Shown: positions 58,311 through 64,000 of the stretch, one piece after another
Layout: each line of letters begins with the position of its first letter
Position numbering within the stretch: the first letter of the stretch is position 1
Source of the DNA: a bacterium
GTDB lineage: Bacteria > Patescibacteriota > Patescibacteriia > Patescibacteriales > UBA12465
Direction: 5' to 3'
DNA length: 64,000 nt
Assembly (NCBI GenBank): GCA_035402985.1
Contig: DAONEH010000001.1
Coordinates: forward strand, 3,123-67,122
The notes under the pieces: model-generated
The model's database searches: none
What the model was told of the DNA's origin: nothing
The model's input: the letters and a program-made list of their open reading frames with translations, nothing else
Program-made: the position numbers and the translations under genes

Positions 58311-59213
58311 TTATTTAATTTCTAAGCCCCTCAAAGCTTTAATACGCTCCTCAACTGGCGGATGAGTCATAAAAGCTTTAGCTAAAAAAACTTTTTTATT
58401 TTTTTCTTTTAAAGGTTCGCTGATGTATAAATGAGCTGTAGCTCGATTAGCTGTTTTTAAATCATTAGGATCAGCTGATATTTTTTCTAAAGCTCGAGCC
58501 AAGCCTTCCGGATAACGAGTAAGTAATGCTCCGTCAGCATCAGCGACAAATTCTCTTTTACGAGAAATAGCAAATTGCATTAAATAGGCAAAAAGTGGAG
58601 CTAAAATTGAAAAAACAATAACTACGATTAACAAAATTAATCCTAATTGATTTTTATTATTATCACTATTACTTCGATTTGAAAAAGAAAAACGTCTAAA
58701 CCAATCAGCTAATAATACTACCATACCAACCATTACTGTAGTTAAAGTAGCAATTAAAATATCATAATTTCTAACATGAGATAGTTCATGAGCAATAACT
58801 CCCTCTAATTCACTGCGTTCTAATTTATTAAGTAAGCCAGTAGTAATAGCAATAGCACTATGCTTAGGGTTTCTACCAGTAGCAAAAGCATTAGGAGCGG
58901 GATCATCAATAACATAAATTTTAGGAATTGGTATACCAGCAGTAATACAAAGATTTTCTACTAAATGATAAAGATCACGACTATCTTCTAATTTTACTTG
59001 ATGGGCTTCACTCATACTTAAAATAATTTTGTCACTAAACCAATAAGAAAAAAAAGATGAAACTATACTAAAGATAACAGCTATATACAAAATATTAAAA
59101 TTATCCATGGCTATACTAAATATATAACCAACTATCATTACAAAAATAAAAAAACCAGTAAACAAAAACCAAGTTTTTCTTTTATTAGCATCGCTATGGT
59201 TATATAAAGTCAT
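58311..59213 (-). CDS. htpX: M48 zinc metalloprotease HtpX
   Basis: PNAFATGR, ELEGVIAHELSH, SRKREF.AD, THPP..ERI. Confidence 0.93.
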   Translation of the reverse strand: MTLYNHSDANKRKTWFLFTGFFIFVMIVGYIFSIAMDNFNILYIAVIFSIVSSFFSYWFSDKIILSMSEAHQVKLEDSRDLYHLVENLCITAGIPIPKIYVIDDPAPNAFATGRNPKHSAIAITTGLLNKLERSELEGVIAHELSHVRNYDILIATLTTVMVGMVVLLADWFRRFSFSNRSNSDNNKNQLGLILLIVVIVFSILAPLFAYLMQFAISRKREFVADADGALLTRYPEGLARALEKISADPNDLKTANRATAHLYISEPLKEKNKKVFLAKAFMTHPPVEERIKALRGLEIK

Positions 59214-59221
59214 ATATTTAA

Positions 59222-59255
59222 ATTGCCTTGATAAAAAATATTAAACCAAGGCAAT
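59222..59255. other. Inverted repeat/hairpin upstream of htpX
   Basis: attgccttg-N16-caaggcaat. Confidence 0.55.
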
Positions 59256-59279
59256 AAGTAATTACATTATAGATAATTA

Positions 59280-59405
59280 TTATTCAAAAAATTTCTTGTA
59301 GGCAATAAAAACAATTAATCCGCAAACTATTATAATAATTAAAATTGGCCAAAGAGCAGACATACCAGAAGAATAATTTAAACCAACGGTATTAGCTTGA
59401 TTCAT
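59280..59405 (-). CDS. Small single-TM protein (41 aa)
   Basis: Not in the ORF track; MNQANTVGLNYSSGMSALWPILIIIIVCGLIVFIAYKKFFE*; ATG 11 nt after the lemA stop, same strand. Confidence 0.65.
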   Translation of the reverse strand: MNQANTVGLNYSSGMSALWPILIIIIVCGLIVFIAYKKFFE

Positions 59406-59416
59406 AAAGATTATAA

Positions 59417-59983
59417 TTAAAATTTAACTTCGATATTTTCTTTTTGAGCTACATCTTCAATCTCAAAAAATTTTTTATCTGAAAAACCTAATTTATTAGC
59501 AATAATATTAGTTGGAAAAACTTGAACTTTAGTATTAAAGTCTTTAACGTTAGAATTATAAAAACGACGAGCAGCTTGAATTTTATTTTCTGTATCAGAT
59601 AATTCTTTTTGTAATTCTAAAAAATTTTGGTTAGCTTTTAAATCAGGATAATTTTCACTTAAAGCAAAAATTGATTTTAAAGTAGATGATAAAGTATTTT
59701 CAGCTTGTATTTTTTGATTAACATCAGAACTATTTTGTAAAGCCATAGCTTCATTTCTAGCTTGAATAACCTTTTCTAGTGTTTCTCTTTCATGAGTAGC
59801 ATAGCCTTTAACTGTCTCAACTAAATTAGGGATTAAATCATAACGTCTCTTAAGTTGAACATCAATATCACTCCAAGCCTCGTCAACTCGATTTTTTAAA
59901 CGAATTAGACCATTATACATAGAAATTAAAATAATCCCTATAATTAGTAAAACCGCTATAATGATCCATAAAGTTGTGTTCAT
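59417..59983 (-). CDS. lemA: LemA family protein
   Basis: YN.L......V.EAWSDIDVQLKRR.DLIPNLV.TVKGY..HE, E.YPDLKA..NF..LQ, ARRFYN, FP.N; ATG at 59983. Confidence 0.95.
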   Translation of the reverse strand: MNTTLWIIIAVLLIIGIILISMYNGLIRLKNRVDEAWSDIDVQLKRRYDLIPNLVETVKGYATHERETLEKVIQARNEAMALQNSSDVNQKIQAENTLSSTLKSIFALSENYPDLKANQNFLELQKELSDTENKIQAARRFYNSNVKDFNTKVQVFPTNIIANKLGFSDKKFFEIEDVAQKENIEVKF

Positions 59984-60033
59984 ATTATTTAATTTAATTA
60001 TTAGCTTGATTATTATAACAAAAATATAATAAA

Positions 60034-60061
60034 AAAACAACCTATATTATAAGGTTGTTTT
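60034..60061 (-). terminator. Intrinsic terminator after the radical SAM remnant
   Basis: aaaacaacct-N8-aggttgtttt. Confidence 0.65.
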
Positions 60062-60132
60062 GCATTATTAAATCTATTTTTGAACAAATATTGTTTACAA
60101 AACAATCTTTGAAATCAATTCTATGTTTGACA

Positions 60133-60834
60133 TCAAAATTCTAAAATACTTCTTAATTCTTCTTCACTGTCATTTATACCTCTCATCACGACACTTTTAA
60201 TAAAAACCTTATGCCCAATTCCTTTAGAACCAAGATATTTTATATTTTTAATCATTTTATTAAATTTTTTTAATTGACAATCTTCAGAAAACAAACCATT
60301 TAAATTTGTAATTTTATTCCATGTTTGAAAATTTAAAGAATTTACAGAAATACCAATTCTAGAAAAATGTTTATATATATTATCAACAATTATTTTATTT
60401 AATTCTATTCCATTTGTATGTATAGAAAATCTAATATTTTTGTGTTTCTTAATATATTTCAATAACCTAAAATCTTTTTTTAGAAAATCAGGATGTAGCA
60501 ACGGTTCTCCCCCGCTAAAATCTATTGATTTTAATGGAGTTTTTTAAAAAAAAGCATCCATCAACCTAAATAAATAATCAATATTAGTTGCTTTTTCAAA
60601 TTTTGAACTATAATTAGATCCCTCGTTAGAACAAAAAACGCACCACAAATTACACGAGGGAGTTAATGAAATTCTTAATCTAATTTTAGATAATATTTTA
60701 TTAAATTCTTTATCAGTTAGTCTGGAAATACCCTTGTTAACTAAAGATGTTTTTACTAAATCACAATACTTTCCAGAATCTTCTTTTCTCACAGTAGCAG
60801 AAGCTTCAGTTTTATATAAACTTTTTTTAATCAT
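60133..60834 (-). pseudogene. MoaA-like radical SAM gene interrupted by an in-frame TAA and truncated at the 3' end
   Basis: LRISLTPSCNLWCVFCSNEG...DAFF*KTPLKSIDFSGGEPLLHPDF...HTNG...ISVNSL...IKSVVMRGIND. The two track ORFs are in the same frame, separated by one stop at 60544-60546. Confidence 0.8.
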
Positions 60835-61249
60835 ATTTTTTTATTAATCTTAAAGATTTTTTAAAATCTTCTAAAAAAACTAAATTAATCGCAGAATCTA
60901 GATCAACCCAAGAAAAATCAAAAAGCTCTCTTTCATCCAAAGAAGCTTTTTCGTTTTCATTCTCTAACCGACACAAGAAATGAAAAGATATTATATGAAA
61001 TTTCTTTTTTTTATTAATAAACTGATAAAATCCTATCATATCAGAAATATAAACATTAAGACCAGTTTCTTCCAAAATCTCCCTTTTTAAAGCTTTCTCT
61101 AAATTTTCTCCAAATTCAACATGACCACCTGGTATAGTAAAATTATTTTGAAGTTTTGATGTTTTTGCAATAAAAACCCTGTTATTACTGTCAAGAATAA
61201 TTCCAGCAACCCCTATTTGAATATTTTTTTCATTATCTTTTGTTTTCAT
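60827..61249 (-). CDS. Nudix hydrolase
   Basis: Intact Nudix box PGGHVEFGENLEKALKREILEETGL. Confidence 0.92.
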   Translation of the reverse strand: MKTKDNEKNIQIGVAGIILDSNNRVFIAKTSKLQNNFTIPGGHVEFGENLEKALKREILEETGLNVYISDMIGFYQFINKKKKFHIISFHFLCRLENENEKASLDERELFDFSWVDLDSAINLVFLEDFKKSLRLIKKYD

Positions 61250-61409
61250 AAAGTCTTATTATATTATTATAATAACACATTTTTTAATAAATAAAAAAAT
61301 ATAGACAATTAAGTATTTTATTTACTATTACCTTTACAAATTTCTATTAAAAAAACATAAAAATAATATTTCTCAACAAACACTATTACAAATTTTCAAA
61401 CTCTATAAT

Positions 61410-61452
61410 AAAAAAGCCCCCATACAAACTTATCTGTATAGGAGTCTTTTTT
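61410..61452 (-). terminator. Intrinsic terminator after ileS
   Basis: On the - strand: aaaaaagactcctataca-gataagtt-tgtatgggggctttttt. Confidence 0.75.
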
Positions 61453-61487
61453 ATAATGATATTTGTATTATAAATTATACCTGTATT

Positions 61488-64000
61488 TTATTCTTTATTA
61501 ACAATAATAGTTACTATCTCTTTATCAATTTTAAACTCCTTACCAACTAAATTAGTATCTTCCCCGTTTAATATTATTTGAGAACTTAAAGTTTCTTTTT
61601 TGATATCTTCAATAAAAGTAGATAAAACTTCAGAAACAAATTTACTATCTGATTTAATAATAGCTAAGGCTTTATCATTAATAGATAAATCTAATTCTTT
61701 ACGCATTAAATTTATAAATCTAATTAATTCTCTCTTACCTCCTTCTAATTTTAATTCCGGAGTAATATTAGTATCTAATTCAACTTTTAAATCTCCCCCT
61801 TGTTCTATTACCTTAACTTGTTTAACATTTAATTCTTCAGCTATGATTGTTAAATAATTATCTGAATTTATCTTTAAATTATCTCCATAAATTAAAGCTT
61901 CTTGTAAAATTTGACGAACCTTGATATTAACTTTATCACGTTCAGCTAAACCTAATTCTACTATTTTTCGAACCTCAGACATAGAGTCAATAATAATATC
62001 ATCAGATTTATTTATTTGATATTGAGGCCAATTTTCTAAATGAACACTTTTATTTTCATCAGAAAAATTATAACCCAAAATTTTTTGCCAAAGATCTTCC
62101 GCTATAAACGGCATAAAAGGAGCCATAATTTTAGCTAAATTAATAAAAACAAAATTCATAGTAATTAGAGCTTCTTTTTTATCTATGTCATTATCACTTT
62201 TCAAACGATCTCGACTTCGTCTTAAATACCAAGTAGAAAATTCATCAATAAACTCAGTAATTGGTCGCATGGCCTTATTTAAATTATACATTAACATAGC
62301 TTCCTCTACTTCTTTTATTAATAAATTAATTTTAATTTTAATCCAAGAATCTAAAACATTAGAACTCTCTTTATATTTTGCAAAATCATCTTCATTTAAA
62401 ACATCAGCATACATTTGATAAAAATTATAAATATTATTTACTAACATAATATTTTTACGTAATGATTCCTCTACTCCCTTTTCAGAAAAATTTAAATTTT
62501 CAGCTTGAACTACTGGTGATGATAATAGATAAGCCCTTAAAGAATCAGCTCCATATTTATCAATAATCACCATCGGATCAGGATAATTTTTTAATTTTTT
62601 ACTCATCTTTTTACCATCCTCAGCTAAAACAATACCATTAGCAATAACATTATTAAAAGCTCTCTCATTTTTTACACCACCGGAAATAACATGAAGATAA
62701 TAAAACCAAGTTCGAGTTTGATCAATTCCTTCAGCAATAAATTCAGCTGGAAAATTCTTTTCAAACTTTTCTTTATTTTCAAAAGGATAATGAAGTTGAG
62801 CATAAGGCATGGAACCACTTTCAAACCAACAATCTAAAACATCTGGCACACGTTGCATAATTTGACCACATTTTGAACAAGGAAAATTTATTTTATCAAC
62901 TTTATCTTTATGAATATCAGTAATGGTTTGACCACTTAAATCTTCTAATTCTTTAACACTACTTATGACCTTTCTTTCACCACAAGAACATTCCCAAATA
63001 GGCATAGCACTAGCCCAAAATCTTTGACGAGAAATTGACCAATCACGAGCTCCTTCTAACCAATTACCAAAACGACCATTCTTGATATGAGATGGTGACC
63101 AATTAATATTTTCAGCTGATTTAAGTAAATTATCTTTTATCTTAGTAACACTAACAAACCAAGAAGAAGTGGCATAATTAATTAAAGGAGTATCACAACG
63201 CCAACAATGAGGATAACTATGTTCATATTTTTCTTTAGAAAATAATAATCCTTGTCCCGCTAAATATTTAATAACTTCAATATCAGTTGATGAGTGGTCA
63301 TCAATTGGTTTTACATTTAATTTTGGGAAATCTTTAACTTCATCCTTGAAAGAACCATCTAAATTAACATGTTGAACAAAAGGTAAATTATTTTCTTTAC
63401 CTAAATCCATATCATCTTGACCAAAAGCGGGAGCAATATGAACAATTCCAGTTCCCTCGTCGGTTGTAACAAAACTTGCTGGATAAATTTTCCAACCATT
63501 TTCTCGATTAATTATTTTATCGTCATTAATATAATAATTAAATAAGGCTTTATATTTTTTTCCTATTAAATCTGCTCCTTTAAATTCATCGACTATTTCA
63601 TATTTTTTATCTGTCATTACTTCAGCTAAACGTTCTTTAGCTAAAATATATTTTTCAGTTTTATCATTTTCATTTTGATAAGATATTTTAATATAATCAA
63701 TATCAGCTCCAATAGCTAAAGCTACGTTACCAATTAAAGTCCAAGGGGTAGTAGTCCAAGCTAAAACAAAAGTATCAACTTCATCAAGTAATTCAAATTT
63801 AGCAATACAAGATAAATCTTTTATATCTTTATACCCTTCAGCTACTTCTGATTGCGATAAAGTAGTTTCACAACGTGGACAAACATGCATTGAGCGATAA
63901 TCTTTATAGATTAAACCTTTATCCCATAATTGTTTAAAAACCCACCAAATAGACTCCATAAAAGATAAATCCATAGTATGGTAAGCATTCTCTTTATCAA
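61488..64000 (-). CDS. ileS: Isoleucine--tRNA ligase (type 2); 5' part lies outside the window
   Basis: WTTTPWTL..N, GTGIVH.APAFG.DD, HSYPHCWRC.TPL, DWSISRQRFW, AEG.DQTR.WFY, KMSKKLKNYPDP; frame is open beyond 63974. Confidence 0.96.
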   Translation of the reverse strand, partial: DKENAYHTMDLSFMESIWWVFKQLWDKGLIYKDYRSMHVCPRCETTLSQSEVAEGYKDIKDLSCIAKFELLDEVDTFVLAWTTTPWTLIGNVALAIGADIDYIKISYQNENDKTEKYILAKERLAEVMTDKKYEIVDEFKGADLIGKKYKALFNYYINDDKIINRENGWKIYPASFVTTDEGTGIVHIAPAFGQDDMDLGKENNLPFVQHVNLDGSFKDEVKDFPKLNVKPIDDHSSTDIEVIKYLAGQGLLFSKEKYEHSYPHCWRCDTPLINYATSSWFVSVTKIKDNLLKSAENINWSPSHIKNGRFGNWLEGARDWSISRQRFWASAMPIWECSCGERKVISSVKELEDLSGQTITDIHKDKVDKINFPCSKCGQIMQRVPDVLDCWFESGSMPYAQLHYPFENKEKFEKNFPAEFIAEGIDQTRTWFYYLHVISGGVKNERAFNNVIANGIVLAEDGKKMSKKLKNYPDPMVIIDKYGADSLRAYLLSSPVVQAENLNFSEKGVEESLRKNIMLVNNIYNFYQMYADVLNEDDFAKYKESSNVLDSWIKIKINLLIKEVEEAMLMYNLNKAMRPITEFIDEFSTWYLRRSRDRLKSDNDIDKKEALITMNFVFINLAKIMAPFMPFIAEDLWQKILGYNFSDENKSVHLENWPQYQINKSDDIIIDSMSEVRKIVELGLAERDKVNIKVRQILQEALIYGDNLKINSDNYLTIIAEELNVKQVKVIEQGGDLKVELDTNITPELKLEGGKRELIRFINLMRKELDLSINDKALAIIKSDSKFVSEVLSTFIEDIKKETLSSQIILNGEDTNLVGKEFKIDKEIVTIIVNKE

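Noticed and set aside
60133-60135. Possible TGA-to-Gly recoding (code 25, as in Gracilibacteria) to extend the radical SAM gene
   Set aside because: TGA serves as a stop in ATGA overlaps (34919-34922, 42691-42694), conserved genes have no in-frame TGA, and a TAG follows three codons later.
60540-60553. Programmed frameshift or phase variation at the T8/A6 run in the radical SAM gene
   Set aside because: Both halves are already in the same frame, so a single slip would not restore it. A substitution or sequencing error fits better.
2059-62418. Short track ORFs: 2059-2250, 2279-2542, 3566-3760, 22843-23055, 23685-23894, 29304-29510, 30222-30413, 31262-31453, 34607-34834, 39540-39791, 43389-43640, 54449-54634, 61600-61857, 62185-62418
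   Set aside because: All lie antisense or out of frame within well-supported genes and have no recognisable motifs; they are shadow ORFs.
1-64000. CRISPR arrays, tRNA/rRNA/tmRNA genes, transposases, integrases, introns or inteins
   Set aside because: No regularly spaced repeats, no cloverleaf or rRNA signatures, no such ORFs, and the intergenic gaps are too short and AT-rich.

Overview
Very AT-rich bacterial chromosome segment. It uses genetic code 11, genes lie mostly on the - strand, and no Shine-Dalgarno motifs are visible. The gene content points to Patescibacteria/CPR, probably a Parcubacteria/ABY1-type lineage such as Falkowbacteria (inferred from shortened TsaB, L13, AlaRS and PK, DUF4012/DUF3048, the sigma4-HARE-HTH protein and the 'GRILLQVE' repeat protein). 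Most of the window is housekeeping: tRNA synthetases and modifiers (cysS, tgt, dusB, tsaB, alaS, hisS, proS, ileS, U32), the infA-rpmJ-rpsM-rpsK-rpsD-rpoA-rplQ-rplM-rpsI block, a reduced dcw cluster (mraY-ftsW-murG-murC-murB), mreBCD plus a second mreB, rpmE-prfA-prmC, a MacAB-type ABC exporter, lemA-htpX-pyk-U32-ruvA, and many glycosyltransferases. No rRNA, tRNA, CRISPR array, transposase or integrase was seen. Highlights: (1) a ~3 kb higher-GC island (28885-31866) with an HTH-MNT/HEPN toxin-antitoxin pair, a candidate Tlde1/L,D-transpeptidase-like cell-wall toxin and a membrane-anchored partner; (2) an RNA polymerase alpha subunit with no CTD, a nearby sigma4+HARE-HTH (delta-like) protein, and recurrent TRTG-extended -10 promoters; (3) a TGT that has lost all four zinc ligands; (4) a decayed Nudix + MoaA-like radical SAM cassette; (5) three genes missed by the ORF track: a secreted repeat/transglutaminase-like protein, rpmJ, and a 41-aa membrane peptide between lemA and htpX; (6) an abrupt drop in CCGG frequency at ~2.83 kb. 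Family assignments come from motif recognition by eye, not from database searches.
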